Shown here piece after piece: positions 47,714 through 59,730 of a stretch of DNA of 61,972 nucleotides. Positions within the stretch are counted from its first letter, which is position 1. Each line of letters opens with the position of its first letter. The notes under the pieces were generated by a model, which saw only the letters and a program-made list of their open reading frames with translations, was not told where the DNA came from and made no database searches. The stretch is from an uncultured Eubacteriales bacterium. Its GTDB lineage: Bacteria; Acidobacteriota; Aminicenantia; Aminicenantales; Aminicenantaceae. Both the position numbers and the translations under genes were made by a program. The stretch spans positions 1 through 61,972 of the forward strand of contig CAZJYC010000005.1 of the NCBI GenBank assembly GCA_964550165.1, written 5' to 3'.

Positions 47714-50700
47714 ATGAAAAGAGTTATTTTCGGCTTAATATTTATTTTGTTTTTTTCTTCACTTATGAATCTCAATGCTCAATGGGCGAGAACTTATGGG
47801 GGAATTTTTGATGATTGTGTGCGTTCAATCCAGCAGACGACTGATGGAGGATATGTTGTCGCGGGCTACACTCGCTCTTTCGGTGCCGGGAGCAATGATT
47901 TTTGGGTTTTAAAACTTTCCCCGAATGGCTCGATAGAGTGGCAGCGGCTCTATGGAGGAAGCCATGCAGATTATGCTCGTTCTGTAGAACAGACAAGCGA
48001 TGGAGGATACGTCATTGCAGGAGATACCTGGTCGTATGGTGCTGGAGGAGGTGATCTTTGGATTTTAAAGCTTGATTCAGATGGTTTGATAGAATGGCAA
48101 AGGACCTATGGAGGGCAAGAAAGCTACGAGACCGCTTATTCTCTCCAGATAATAACAGATGGAGTTTATGTGGTTGCAGGTTACACACGCCCAACTTATC
48201 AAGACGACTATGATTTTTTTATCTTAAAGGTTTATTCAGAAGGAGAGATTGACTCCTCATGTGGATTCATTGGAAGCTCGGATGCATTTATTGTTTACAC
48301 CTATGTCTCCCCACAATCTGTTAGCTTATCGCCTCAAGATACAAGTATTACTCCCAACGACACAAGTTGCTCTACTCAAGAAACTAATGTCATAAGCGTT
48401 CTGCTCTGCGGGTCTTCAAAATATGTTCTTACAATATCCATGACTACAGGAGGTTCAACAGCTCCTGAGCCTGAAAGTTACCCTTTTGACTATGGTCAAA
48501 TAGTCTCAGTGGAAGCCATGGCTGATCCCGGATACCTGTTCAGCGGATGGTCAGGAGATATTCCGCCTGGTCATGAAAACAATAATCCTCTTTCAGTTAC
48601 AGTTGACAGAGACAAGGCGATAAAAGCCAATTTTTCGGTTGTTCTCGGTAATTATGAGCTCATAATCAGCGCATCCTCGGGAGGGACGACAAATCCCATG
48701 CCAGGAGCCTATTCCCATTCCAGTGGGACACAGGTCTGCATAACTGCTCTCCCAAGTCCAGGCGGCTCTTTTTTGAACTGGTCTGGTGATGTACCCTCGG
48801 GTCATGAGAATGACAATTCATTATGCATTACTCTGGATTCGGATAAATCTGTAATTGCACATTTTAGCACAGTTCAAAAGTGGACCTTTATGGTCTATCT
48901 TGATGCGGACAATGATATTGAGCAGGCTGCTATAGATGACTTGCTGGAGATTGCTGAGGTAGGCTCCAGTACTGATGTCAATCTTGTCGTTCAGTTCGAC
49001 CGAATCAGCGGCTATGATAACAGATATAAAAATTGGACATCGACCAAACGATTTTATGTTACCCATGCCATGGAACCCACGCCTGAAAATGCGGTTGAAG
49101 ATTTAGGTGAACTGAACCAAGGCGACCCTCAAACTTTAATAGATTTCATCAATTGGGCTAAAGCGAATTATCCTGCGACAAATTATGCTCTTGTTCTCTG
49201 GAATCATGGTGGCGGCTGGAGGGCGCCAAAAGAGAAGACGGCGAAAGAAGGAATGAGAAGACAGAGCGAGATAAGTATTAAAGCTGTATGTTGGGATTAC
49301 ACTGATGAAGGGGATGCATTGTATTTGGATGAACTTCAGGGCGCTTTGAATGCAAGTGGAAATGTCCATTTAATTGGATTTGATGCAGCCTTGATGGGGA
49401 TGGTCGAGGTGGCTTATGAGCTCAGGGACAACGGTGAAGTCATGGTTGGCTCCGAAGAATCCGTGTCCGCCGAAGGCTGGGCTTATGATGAGATTCTTCC
49501 CAGCTTATTAAGCAATCCCAACGGGACAGCTGTTCAATTCGGCACCGATATTATCGATCAGTGCTATACGTTATATACCAAGTCCGCAGTTGATTTGAAA
49601 AACATGAACGCTTTAGCCACTGCCATGAGTTCTTTTGCGCAGGCAATGATTGAATACTGGGATTCAGATAAAAATTCTGTTAAGAATGCAGCTGATGCTG
49701 TGATTGCGGAGATAGGGAAGACCGTTATCCGAGAAGATCACAATCCAGATTGGCCTCATGCCCATGGATTGGCTATTTATTTTCCGGAATTTTCGGATGA
49801 GTTTGATTCAGATTATAACGGAACTATAATCGATTTTCCCAATGATACTCAATGGGAGGAATTTTTACAGGAATTCTACGCATCGATGAAGGGTTCCTGG
49901 ATTGCGCAGTGCAGAGCTGGCTCTCAAGAGTTTTATTACCCGCAGCACATGGATCTCTATCATTTCTGTGCATTGATAAGTATTAAAATCCAGGAAATAG
50001 ATTATTATACCGAACATAAAATCTCACATCAGTTCATTGGTGGCGGAACAGAACAGCAATTCTATGAGGATGACGATAGCATGTCCTTTGCTCTTCCTTT
50101 TGATTTTCCTTACTTTGGAGAAACCATTCCTGCCGGAACAGAAATCTACATCTGCTCCAATGGCTTCGTCGATCTTGGGCATTTTTCATCTGATTACCTT
50201 AACCTTGGCTATGAGCTAATAAGAAATAAAAGGATTGCGCCTCTCTGGCTGGATTTAGTCATCAGTTTTTGGACAGAAGGTCATGATATCTACATCACAA
50301 GTAATCCCGATAATCTTGTTATCCGCTGGGCCGCAAAGACATGCTCAGCGGGGGGACCTGTTAATTTTGAGCTCATTCTCTATGCTGATGGGCGAATTCA
50401 GTTTAACTATGACGACGGAAATGATTTCAGCAATACGATATTAAGGCCAACAATCGGCATTTCTAAAGGAGACAGAATCAATTATTATTTCTCAGCTTAT
50501 AATTGCCAAAAGTATCTGACGAACGTTGATTCCATTGTTTTTTTGCCTGCGGGCGTAACATACTATGAGGTTACAATAGCTGCATCTGCTGGAGGTAGCA
50601 CTAATCCTTCGCCAGGAACACACATTTTTGTCGAGGGAAATGATATCACAATCCAAGCCATACCCGAATTTGGCTATAGATTCGACAACTGGACAGGAGA

Positions 50701-51298
50701 TATTCCCCCAGGCCACGAGAATGATAATCCGCTCGCGATTCATGTCGATTCCAACAAGTCAATAACAGCCAACTTTTTCCAACAGAACAAATTGACCTTA
50801 GTTGCAAAGAGCGGTGGCACAACTGATCCATCGCCTGGAAATTATTCATACGACCCTGGAACGCAAGTGATAATAAAAGCCATAGCAAACAGTGGTTATC
50901 AATTTAGCGGATGGAGCGGTGATGCAAGCGGAACAACTAACCCGATAACAATAACCATGGATTCAGACAAATCCATAACAGCCAACTTCAAAGCGACGGA
51001 CGGCGGCGATGATGGCGGAGGTAAGGGAGGCGGTTGCTTCATCGCCACAGCCGCTTATGGCTCTGCGCTTCATCCGCATGTGAATGTTCTTCGCGAGTTC
51101 AGGGATCGTTATCTTATGACCAACGCCTTGGGCCGCAAGCTGGTTAACATTTATTATAAATATTCTCCATTTCTGGCTGACGTCGTTTCCAGACACAAGA
51201 CATTGAAGGCTGCAATTCGGATTAGCCTTTTGCCTCTCGTTATTTTCAGTTACACGACGGTTCGTTTTGGGCCGATAATCCTCGCTATGCTTGTCTGA
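47714..51298 (+). CDS. Giant modular surface protein: SBBP-type beta-propeller repeats, InlB-type B-repeat domains, a clostripain/C11-like core (apparently Cys-less), an unknown domain, two more B-repeats, and a CFxxTAAYGS C-terminal anchor-like tail
   Basis: Signal peptide. Three ~45-aa repeats ...[28 protein letters not shown]...IEWQRLYGG. Repeated GGST.P.PG.Y.Y..G..V...A.P..GY.F.GWSGD units. [14 protein letters not shown] and [10 protein letters not shown] (C11 hallmarks), but IGFDAALMG where C11 has FDAC. C-terminal [30 protein letters not shown] followed by a hydrophobic tail. Confidence 0.7.
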   Translation: MKRVIFGLIFILFFSSLMNLNAQWARTYGGIFDDCVRSIQQTTDGGYVVAGYTRSFGAGSNDFWVLKLSPNGSIEWQRLYGGSHADYARSVEQTSDGGYVIAGDTWSYGAGGGDLWILKLDSDGLIEWQRTYGGQESYETAYSLQIITDGVYVVAGYTRPTYQDDYDFFILKVYSEGEIDSSCGFIGSSDAFIVYTYVSPQSVSLSPQDTSITPNDTSCSTQETNVISVLLCGSSKYVLTISMTTGGSTAPEPESYPFDYGQIVSVEAMADPGYLFSGWSGDIPPGHENNNPLSVTVDRDKAIKANFSVVLGNYELIISASSGGTTNPMPGAYSHSSGTQVCITALPSPGGSFLNWSGDVPSGHENDNSLCITLDSDKSVIAHFSTVQKWTFMVYLDADNDIEQAAIDDLLEIAEVGSSTDVNLVVQFDRISGYDNRYKNWTSTKRFYVTHAMEPTPENAVEDLGELNQGDPQTLIDFINWAKANYPATNYALVLWNHGGGWRAPKEKTAKEGMRRQSEISIKAVCWDYTDEGDALYLDELQGALNASGNVHLIGFDAALMGMVEVAYELRDNGEVMVGSEESVSAEGWAYDEILPSLLSNPNGTAVQFGTDIIDQCYTLYTKSAVDLKNMNALATAMSSFAQAMIEYWDSDKNSVKNAADAVIAEIGKTVIREDHNPDWPHAHGLAIYFPEFSDEFDSDYNGTIIDFPNDTQWEEFLQEFYASMKGSWIAQCRAGSQEFYYPQHMDLYHFCALISIKIQEIDYYTEHKISHQFIGGGTEQQFYEDDDSMSFALPFDFPYFGETIPAGTEIYICSNGFVDLGHFSSDYLNLGYELIRNKRIAPLWLDLVISFWTEGHDIYITSNPDNLVIRWAAKTCSAGGPVNFELILYADGRIQFNYDDGNDFSNTILRPTIGISKGDRINYYFSAYNCQKYLTNVDSIVFLPAGVTYYEVTIAASAGGSTNPSPGTHIFVEGNDITIQAIPEFGYRFDNWTGDIPPGHENDNPLAIHVDSNKSITANFFQQNKLTLVAKSGGTTDPSPGNYSYDPGTQVIIKAIANSGYQFSGWSGDASGTTNPITITMDSDKSITANFKATDGGDDGGGKGGGCFIATAAYGSALHPHVNVLREFRDRYLMTNALGRKLVNIYYKYSPFLADVVSRHKTLKAAIRISLLPLVIFSYTTVRFGPIILAMLV

Positions 51299-51677
51299 TA
51301 GGTCATTTGTATTGGCAGTGCAGCAGATCCGCGGATATTTGCCACAATTTCCAAGCGCTGAGTTCCGAAAAAGGCAATCCCTCCAAGACTGACATGTCAA
51401 TATGAGCGAAAGAGAAGTCGTCTTCCCGAAAACTTCAAAAACATCCCCATCCGGATAGAATTCCACAGCTGATTGGGCTAAAAACTCACTACTGCTCTCT
51501 CAGAATAACCTCTTCGCTGATCTGTAGCTATAAGAGCCCCTGCTTGAGAATCTGTGGTGGAGGAGGTCTAAGCTTGAAGGTCAAGAAACCTGGGAATGCA
51601 TTTTTTTTCGTGGTTGAAAATTATGTTATGGATTTTGTGATGTTTCCGAAACCGGGCTTTACTGATGGGCGCGAGGA

Positions 51678-53285
51678 TCAGATGATGACATTCTCCTGGA
51701 ATGTGCCGAAAGCTTCCTTGAGGACTGAAGAGATTTCTCCTAACGTCGCCTTGGCCTTTACGGCAACGATGATGCCGGGCATGAGGTTTTTTCCGGATGC
51801 GATGGCCTCTTTTATGTCTAGGAGGGCAGCTTTAGGTTCAGCCTCTGACCTCTTTTTTTTGAGGCGTTGAAGTTTTCGGATTTGATCTCTTTCAACTTTT
51901 TTAGGCGGGGCATATGTTTTGAAGCGGATTTTCTCCTCTGGATTTTTGTATTCGTTAAGACCGACGAGGATCTGTTCCTTGCTCTCAACCTGGGTCTGAT
52001 ATTTATAGGCGCTCTCTTGAATTTCCTTCTGGATGAATCCCTTTTCGATTGCGGCCAGCATTCCTCCCATGTCCTCTATTTTTTTAAGGTACTCCATGAC
52101 TTTTCCTTCAATCTTATCGGTCAAGCTCTCCACATAGTAGGAGCCGCCCACAGGGTCGGCGGTGTCAGCCACTCCGCTTTCATGGGCAATGATCTGCTGG
52201 GTACGGAGCGCGATCTGGACAGACTCTTCGCTCGGCAGGGCCAGAGCTTCATCCCTGGAGTTGGTGTGCAGGGATTGGGTTCCTCCCAGGACGGCTGACA
52301 GGGCCTGGAGTGCGACCCGGACGACATTATTCTCTGGCTGTTGGGCAAGCAGGGTCACCCCGCTTGTCTGGGTGTGGAACCTGAATTTCCAGGAAAGGGG
52401 ATTTTTCGCCTGAAACCGTTCTCTCATCAATCTGGCCCATATTCTCCTCGCCGCGCGAAACTTGGCCACTTCCTCGAAGAAATTGTTGTGCGCTGCCAGA
52501 AAGAAAGATAGACGCGGCGCAAAGCCGTCCACTTTTAAGCCGGCCTGGATCGCAGCCTCAACATAGGTTAGAGCGTTGGCAAGGGTGAAGGCCAGTTCCT
52601 GAACAGCGGTGGCGCCCGCTTCCCGGATATGATAGCCGCTGATGCTCATCGTGTTCCAGTTGGGGACATTCTGCTGGCAGAAGGCGATGATGTCGGTGAT
52701 GATTTTGAGGGAGGCTTGGGGCGGATAGATGTAAGTGCCCCGGGCGATGTACTCTTTGAGAATGTCATTCTGGATCGTTCCCGAAAGCCTGTCCCAGCTT
52801 ATCCCTCTTTTTTCGGCCAGGGCGAGATACATCCCGAGGATAATGGCGGCCGTGGCATTGATGGTCATCGAAACACTGACTTTATCTAAGGGAATCTGGT
52901 CAAAGAGGGTTTCCATATCCTCGATGGAGTCGATGGCCACTCCAACCTTTCCCACTTCTCCGCGGGCTTGAGGATGGTCGGAATCCAGGCCTATCTGCGT
53001 GGGAAGGTCGAAGGCCACACTGAGCCCTGTTTGGCCCTGCAAAAGCAGAAAGCGGTACCTTTTGTTGGATTCCTCAGCCGTTGCGAACCCGGCATACTGG
53101 CGCATCGTCCACAGCCTGCCGCGGTACATGCTGGGATAGACGCCGCGCGTGAAGGGGTAGGTCCCGGGTTCGCCCAGATCGCGAGCGGGGTCGAAAGAGG
53201 CTAAATCCTCCTCGCTGTAGGTTTTTTTGATTTCAATCTGGGAGGATGTGAAAAAACTGTTTTTTCTTTCTTTTTCAGAGGCCAT
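51678..53285 (-). CDS. Methylmalonyl-CoA (acyl-CoA) mutase, catalytic N-terminal domain subunit
   Basis: [56 protein letters not shown]. 535 aa, ending before any B12-binding domain. Confidence 0.85.
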   Translation of the reverse strand: MASEKERKNSFFTSSQIEIKKTYSEEDLASFDPARDLGEPGTYPFTRGVYPSMYRGRLWTMRQYAGFATAEESNKRYRFLLLQGQTGLSVAFDLPTQIGLDSDHPQARGEVGKVGVAIDSIEDMETLFDQIPLDKVSVSMTINATAAIILGMYLALAEKRGISWDRLSGTIQNDILKEYIARGTYIYPPQASLKIITDIIAFCQQNVPNWNTMSISGYHIREAGATAVQELAFTLANALTYVEAAIQAGLKVDGFAPRLSFFLAAHNNFFEEVAKFRAARRIWARLMRERFQAKNPLSWKFRFHTQTSGVTLLAQQPENNVVRVALQALSAVLGGTQSLHTNSRDEALALPSEESVQIALRTQQIIAHESGVADTADPVGGSYYVESLTDKIEGKVMEYLKKIEDMGGMLAAIEKGFIQKEIQESAYKYQTQVESKEQILVGLNEYKNPEEKIRFKTYAPPKKVERDQIRKLQRLKKKRSEAEPKAALLDIKEAIASGKNLMPGIIVAVKAKATLGEISSVLKEAFGTFQENVII

Positions 53286-53377
53286 TATAAGCTTAGAATT
53301 TTTCTTTCGGCTTCAGGATGAGGCCCTCGGCAAAAAACTATGCTTGGGCATAGATTAAACCCGAACTCTGTTTCAAA

Positions 53378-54694
<1,317 letters not shown>

Positions 54695-54747
54695 TTATCC
54701 TTAGGTCTTTATTGTGTCCGGGAGGCCTGTCGCAGTGTCTAAGAGAT

Positions 54748-55071
54748 TTATTTTTCTGTTTTCTTTGGAGGTCTTGCTGGTTCCTTTTTTCCTATTTCTT
54801 CTTTCTTTTTCTCGACGAATTCCTTTATCGTATCCAGCCCTTCTTGAGTTTTTTCTCGGACAATCTTTATCCCTTTTTCTGCTTCTTTGGCGATTTTTCC
54901 ATAGCTTTCTTTTGCCTTTTCTCCGGCTCTGGCTGCGCCTTCTTGAATTTTTTTCCTGGTTTCTTTTCCGCTTGCAGGAGCAAACAAAACACCCAAGACG
55001 AATCCTGTGGCAGCGCCGACGAGGAACGAAAGAGTGACTTCCAGAAAGCTGGAGCCCTTATCATTTGCCAT
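54748..55071 (-). CDS. YtxH-domain protein
   Basis: FLVGAATGFVLGVLFAPASGKETRKKI signature followed by a Lys/Glu-rich helix. Confidence 0.6.
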   Translation of the reverse strand: MANDKGSSFLEVTLSFLVGAATGFVLGVLFAPASGKETRKKIQEGAARAGEKAKESYGKIAKEAEKGIKIVREKTQEGLDTIKEFVEKKKEEIGKKEPARPPKKTEK

Positions 55072-55435
55072 GTTTATCCTCCTTTCTTCGTTTTTTTATG
55101 AGACGCCAAGCGAAACGGAGAAGTGGAAAAAGGAGAGGCCAGTATCTGGAGGAAGGTTTGATGATTTTCATCGTCAGGAGCGCAGCAATCTCTGAGATGT
55201 TGATAGCAGTTTTTTTCGTCGCTTCGAGTGCCGCCCCCAAATCTTCGATTTTTGCATTCACTTTTTGGCTGGTTTCATTCAAGTTCGCGATAAGCTCTCT
55301 GACCTTTTTGAGTATTTCCTCTCCTTCCTTGGCTGTCTTTAAGAGTTGAATCATAAAAATGACAAAGACAGTGATAGCGACCACAACGCAAAGGGTTATG
55401 ACCATAAACAGAAATTGATTCAGAGTTAGTGTCAT
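55061..55435 (-). CDS. DUF948-family membrane protein
   Basis: N-terminal TM. Helical VRELIANLNETSQKVNAKIEDL region. Overlaps the YtxH gene by 11 nt. Confidence 0.5.
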   Translation of the reverse strand: MTLTLNQFLFMVITLCVVVAITVFVIFMIQLLKTAKEGEEILKKVRELIANLNETSQKVNAKIEDLGAALEATKKTAINISEIAALLTMKIIKPSSRYWPLLFPLLRFAWRLIKKRRKEDKHGK

Positions 55436-55535
55436 TGCAGTTAATAGATAAAATAAAATACCCTCTTTGTCAAATAGAGCGGGGGCGGATTTTCAAACTT
55501 AATTTATCAAACCCTAAGTTTGACGCAATTCAAAG

Positions 55536-55682
55536 CGAAGGCTGAATGGCGAAAAAACCGTTTGAAGGCTGAGCGGGCACGGTTCCTCGACCGAAGGGAG
55601 AGGAGAGCGAAGCCTGAAACCGAGCCTCTTTTGCCTCGCTGGGGCAAAAGAGGCATGTTTTTGAGCCATTTAGCCTGAGCTC
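55536..55682 (-). repeat. A-type dispersed repeat, full copy in reverse orientation
   Basis: The reverse complement reads gctcaggctaaatggctcaaaaacatgcctcttttgccccagcgaggcaaaagaggctcggtttcaggcttcgctctcctctcccttcggtcgaggaaccgtgcccgctcagccttcaaacggtttttt, near-identical to 9190-9336. Confidence 0.8.
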
Positions 55683-55684
55683 TC

Positions 55685-56284
55685 TTATTTCCAGAGGACT
55701 TTATGGATGTTTTCCAGGTTGTGAACGTTCTCAATTTTTTCCAGAATTTGAGTAAAAATATCCTCTTTTTTGTGTTCGAGCGCGTCTTCCCAATCGTGAA
55801 AAAGGGATGAGGGAACGAACTCGTAATCTTTTTTTAAAAGGCGGTTGATCCCCAGAAACGCCTGCCAGTGGGTGATCATGATTAAGGCCAGAACGCCGAA
55901 GAAGACGTTCGGGCCTGGGAGAAGGGCGGCCAATCCGCTGAGAGGCAGGAGAAGCGCTTCTCCGATGAGAAAAAAAATATGCCTGGTTCTTTGTTTTTGG
56001 AGGAAAAAGTAGAATTTGTGTCTCATTTTCTTCTCATCCAGCCGGTCTGAGTGGAAGATCTGAATCTTTTGTTCTTCGAGTTTCCGGATTTTGCCGAAAG
56101 CCTGTTCCTGTCTGAGAATCCTTTGCGGCAGAAGCATAAGCTTCACTTTGGCTTTTTCCCAGATTTTCTTCCAGCGGGAGGTTTTAAGCTGGATTTGTTT
56201 GAGGGGTTCAGAGGAGAAATATCTGTATTTCCTGCGGTAGTCCCGGACAAAATAGAATCTCATCGGTGGGGCACATTTTAGCAT
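55685..56284 (-). CDS. Hypothetical membrane protein
   Basis: 199 aa with central TM helices (IFFLIGEALLLPLSGLAALLPGPNVFFGVLALIMITHW). No recognisable family. Stop abuts the A-type repeat. Confidence 0.4.
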   Translation of the reverse strand: MLKCAPPMRFYFVRDYRRKYRYFSSEPLKQIQLKTSRWKKIWEKAKVKLMLLPQRILRQEQAFGKIRKLEEQKIQIFHSDRLDEKKMRHKFYFFLQKQRTRHIFFLIGEALLLPLSGLAALLPGPNVFFGVLALIMITHWQAFLGINRLLKKDYEFVPSSLFHDWEDALEHKKEDIFTQILEKIENVHNLENIHKVLWK

Positions 56285-56316
56285 CTCGCTTGAAATCGAG
56301 TAAAGCGATAAAAAAT

Positions 56317-57309
56317 TTACCGCCGCTGGTTGAGGAGATAGATGAAGAAGGGTGCGCCGACGGCTGCGGTGATGATCCCGATCGGCAGCTCTGTCGGAAA
56401 GAGAAGGGTCCGGGCTATGAGGTCAGAGTAAAGGAGAAAGACTCCTCCTGTCAGCGAGGATAGAAAGAAGAGGAATCTGTGGTCAGGACCGGTGAGAATC
56501 CGGACCCAATGGGGAACGATCAGTCCGACAAAGCCGATGATGCCGCTGACCGAGACGGATGAAGCGGCGAGCAGGGTGGATAAAACAAGAAAGATCTTTC
56601 TGACGCGGCCAACCGGACATCCCAAAGATTGGGCCACTTCATCCCCCAGAACCAGAAGATTCATGTCTTTAGCCAGCCACTGGGCCACAGCAAAGCAGAG
56701 GAGAAAGTAGGGGAGAACGGCGGTAATTTGATTCCAGTCGGAAAGAGCGAAGCTTCCCAGAAGCCAGAACACGGCCTGTTCGAAAGATTCTGATTTCAGG
56801 AAGATCAGGAAGGATGTCAGCGCTGAAGCCAATGCCCCGGCAGCAATTCCTGTCAGGAGCAGGGTTTCCACCTTGAAAATCCCTCTTCTCTGGGAGAGGA
56901 GATAGACAAAATAGACGATAACAAACCCTGAGGCAAAGGCAAAGATGCTCTGCAGGGAGAAGCCGAAAACCTGGACGCTCAATCCGAGATAGATAGCCAG
57001 CACAGCGCCAAAAGATGCTCCCGACGAGACACCGACCACAAACGGTCCGGCCATGGGATTCTGAAAGTATCCCTGAAGGATAGCGCCGGAGAGCGACAGG
57101 CTCGCTCCGACAAGGAAAGCCAGGAGGGCACGCGGAAGCCTGAGCTCAAGAAAGATTGTGGCGTAGCTTTTGTCGTGATGGAGAAGAAGGTTCCACAAGT
57201 CGCCAAAGCCCGTCTTCACCGGCCCGACAAGAAGGGAAAGCAGGAGACCCGCTGCAAAAAGAACCAGCAGGGCCAGGAAAAGGCTCAATCTTTTTGACTT
57301 GACTTTCAT
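56317..57309 (-). CDS. FecCD-family ABC transporter permease (iron-siderophore/cobalamin type)
   Basis: About nine TM helices and FecCD/BtuC-like conserved Gly-rich segments. 330 aa. Confidence 0.8.
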   Translation of the reverse strand: MKVKSKRLSLFLALLVLFAAGLLLSLLVGPVKTGFGDLWNLLLHHDKSYATIFLELRLPRALLAFLVGASLSLSGAILQGYFQNPMAGPFVVGVSSGASFGAVLAIYLGLSVQVFGFSLQSIFAFASGFVIVYFVYLLSQRRGIFKVETLLLTGIAAGALASALTSFLIFLKSESFEQAVFWLLGSFALSDWNQITAVLPYFLLCFAVAQWLAKDMNLLVLGDEVAQSLGCPVGRVRKIFLVLSTLLAASSVSVSGIIGFVGLIVPHWVRILTGPDHRFLFFLSSLTGGVFLLYSDLIARTLLFPTELPIGIITAAVGAPFFIYLLNQRR

Positions 57310-58214
57310 CGTTCTGGCTCAAAATGTTGAGGATGGAGGAGACGGGCCAGCTCCTCTAAGGCGTCGACAAGCCTTGGTCCAGGCCTTGTCGCCAGGTTTT
57401 CATCCAGAAAATAGACGCGGTCTGCCGCCACAGCCTTGATTCCCTGGAGATGAGTTTTGGTTTTGATCCAGTCCCTGGCTTTGTCGAAATCTTCCCGGGA
57501 CCTGGAAAGGATGACGATGGCTTCCGGATCTTCATCGATGAGCTGCTCCTGGTTGTAGAGGAGCCATTTTCTGGGGATATCTCCGGCGATATTCTTTCCC
57601 CTGGCCTGAATCACCAGGTCGTTGAGGAAGCTTTCGCCTCCGCTAGTCCAGAAGCCAGAGCCATGGATGGAGAGGAAAACCTTTGGCTCATGCTCGACAT
57701 TTTGAAGAGCTGACTGAATTTTTTCGTGTCTTCTTCTCAGGGACTGGATAAGGTTCTCAGCCTCATTTTGCTCTATGGTGACGGCTCCTATTGTCTCGAT
57801 AAGAGTGAACACGGATTCCAGGTCATTTCCCATTTCTAAAACAAAGAGAGGCAGATGCAGGCCCCTGAGGCGTTTCAGAATCCTCAGCGGGTTCCCGCGG
57901 AAGCCAATGATCAGATCGGGGTTCAGGGCTTTGACTTTTTCGATATTGGGGTCGACAAGCCCGCCGATTTTTTCCTTTGCTTGCGCCTCTGGCGGATAGT
58001 CACAGTAGCGGGTCACTCCCACGACTCTTTCTCCCAAGCCCAGCGAAAAGAGGATTTCGGTGATGTTGGGAGCAAGAGAGACGATTCTTTGCGGCCGCGA
58101 AACGGCGATATAAGAGAAACCCAGAGCATCCTTGACGACTTCTTTTTGCTGGCCGAAAAGCAGGGCGCTGGGCAGAAAAAGCAAAGCGACGAGCCCTGTT
58201 TTTTTGAATCTCAT
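57306..58214 (-). CDS. Periplasmic substrate-binding protein of the FecCD-type importer (BtuF/FhuD-like)
   Basis: Signal peptide MRFKKTGLVALLFLPSALLFGQQ. Class III SBP layout. Overlaps the flanking genes by 4 nt on each side. Confidence 0.75.
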   Translation of the reverse strand: MRFKKTGLVALLFLPSALLFGQQKEVVKDALGFSYIAVSRPQRIVSLAPNITEILFSLGLGERVVGVTRYCDYPPEAQAKEKIGGLVDPNIEKVKALNPDLIIGFRGNPLRILKRLRGLHLPLFVLEMGNDLESVFTLIETIGAVTIEQNEAENLIQSLRRRHEKIQSALQNVEHEPKVFLSIHGSGFWTSGGESFLNDLVIQARGKNIAGDIPRKWLLYNQEQLIDEDPEAIVILSRSREDFDKARDWIKTKTHLQGIKAVAADRVYFLDENLATRPGPRLVDALEELARLLHPQHFEPER

Positions 58215-58999
58215 GATTTATCGAACTTGGGGATCAGCGAAATCTCCGGAAGCCTGGAATGGATATTTTCCCTTATCTCCACCTCGGCGGCGAAGACTTC
58301 TTTGATGTTTTCTTTCGTAATCAGCTTTTCTGGAGGGCCTAAGGCCTGGATTCTGCCGTCCTTGAGGAACATGATTTTCTGAGAATAAGGTATGGCCAGG
58401 TTGATGTTGTGCTCGGTGCAGAGGATGGTCTTGCCTCTTTCCTGGAGCATGTGGAGGATATGATAAATCTCAACCTGATAGTTGATGTCCAGATGGGAGC
58501 TGGGCTCGTCAAGAAAAAGAAGAGGCGCATCCTGGGCCAAAGCCCTGGCAATGAAGACTCGCTGGCGCTCGCCGCCGCTGAGATGGGCCAATTTTTTCTG
58601 TCTGAGATGCGTAATCTGAGTGATATTCATCATTTCGTCGATGATCTCCAGGTCTCTGGGTGAGCAACCTCCAAGCCGGCCTTGATGGATGTACCGTCCC
58701 ATGAGGACAATCTCCATCACGCTGAATTCAAAGGTAAAGCCGAAAATCTGGGGTACGTAAGCGATTTTTTTGGCGACCTGCCTCGGATTTAAAGAGAAAA
58801 TATTTTCTCCATCGACCGTGACCTGGCCGGAGACGTTCTTCAGCAGTCCCTGCAGAGCCTTGATCAAGGTGCTCTTGCCTGCCCCGTTTCTGCCAAGGAC
58901 GGCAATGGACTCGCCTACCTTCAGAGAGAAAGAGATATCCTTGATGACATAGCCGTTTTCATAGCCGGCAGCGAGGTTTTTGACTTCGAGAATTTCCAT
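58211..58999 (-). CDS. ABC transporter ATP-binding protein (FecE/BtuD-like)
   Basis: Walker A GRNGAGKSTL. ABC signature LSGGERQRV. Walker B LLFLDEP. Confidence 0.88.
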   Translation of the reverse strand: MEILEVKNLAAGYENGYVIKDISFSLKVGESIAVLGRNGAGKSTLIKALQGLLKNVSGQVTVDGENIFSLNPRQVAKKIAYVPQIFGFTFEFSVMEIVLMGRYIHQGRLGGCSPRDLEIIDEMMNITQITHLRQKKLAHLSGGERQRVFIARALAQDAPLLFLDEPSSHLDINYQVEIYHILHMLQERGKTILCTEHNINLAIPYSQKIMFLKDGRIQALGPPEKLITKENIKEVFAAEVEIRENIHSRLPEISLIPKFDKS

Positions 59000-59730
59000 C
59001 TTAAAAAAACTTGATTTCTTTTGAAGTTATCAAATAACTATCCAGATTCCGAGCCGCAATTTTTTAATTCTTTTTGAAAACCCCTGTTTTGTCAAGCTGG
59101 AAGAACCATTCTGCTCTTCAACTTGTGCTGACAGTTCCGCTCGGTCAATTTATTATCTTCCATGATGGGACGAAGGGAAAATGATGATAAAATCTCAAAG
59201 CGCACTGCCGTCATTTCAAAACCAAATTCCTATCACTAATACGCTTTATTCGTTCTTTCCCAACAATAAAATATAGATAAATTTTAAAAGACCATAAAAT
59301 GCTGTGCTTTAGTGAGGGCAGCCAGCATTTGGGATATTTGGGTTCTTAGGAAAATAGATTTATTTTGATAAGCGCGTCTAGTGTCCTACAATATTGATCA
59401 GTTGTCTCATAAAATAGAACAGGAGATAAAACTAGCTGATTCCGGACTCACCTATTATTTTTGTATTCTTGAATTTCAAAGCTGTATCTTTTTACAATTT
59501 TGGAATCATTTTCCGTGGCTACTGGATAAGCCTTGCCATTCTTAAAGAAAAGATCATGAGGAGAAATAGCCAAAATAAAGGGAAAAAGAAGTTTGTTTTC
59601 AGGGTCATTGCCTTGACTTTTGGCAGCAACGAAACTAACATTTAGGATTGAATTTTCAAGGAAAAAAGAATAGAAGAAGAGCTTTTTCTTCTTCGTTTTT
59701 ATCCCTCAGGAAATTCTGGAAGACCCAAAA

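Noticed and set aside
50963-51870. ORFs 50963-51466 (-) and 51544-51870 (+) in and around the convergent gap between the giant protein and the mutase
   Set aside because: They overlap the 3' ends of two strongly supported genes, have no family signal and are compositionally odd. The gap is treated as non-coding.
59000-59400. Cobalamin riboswitch upstream of the FecCD/BtuCDF-like operon
   Set aside because: I scanned the minus-strand leader for a B12-box (…AGYCMGgAGaCCkGCC…) and found no convincing match. This is left for an Rfam scan and not called.
59400-59730. T-box leader for leuS
   Set aside because: No AATTAGGGTGGTACCGCG-like T-box sequence or specifier-loop architecture was recognisable. 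Only a simple terminator hairpin was seen.
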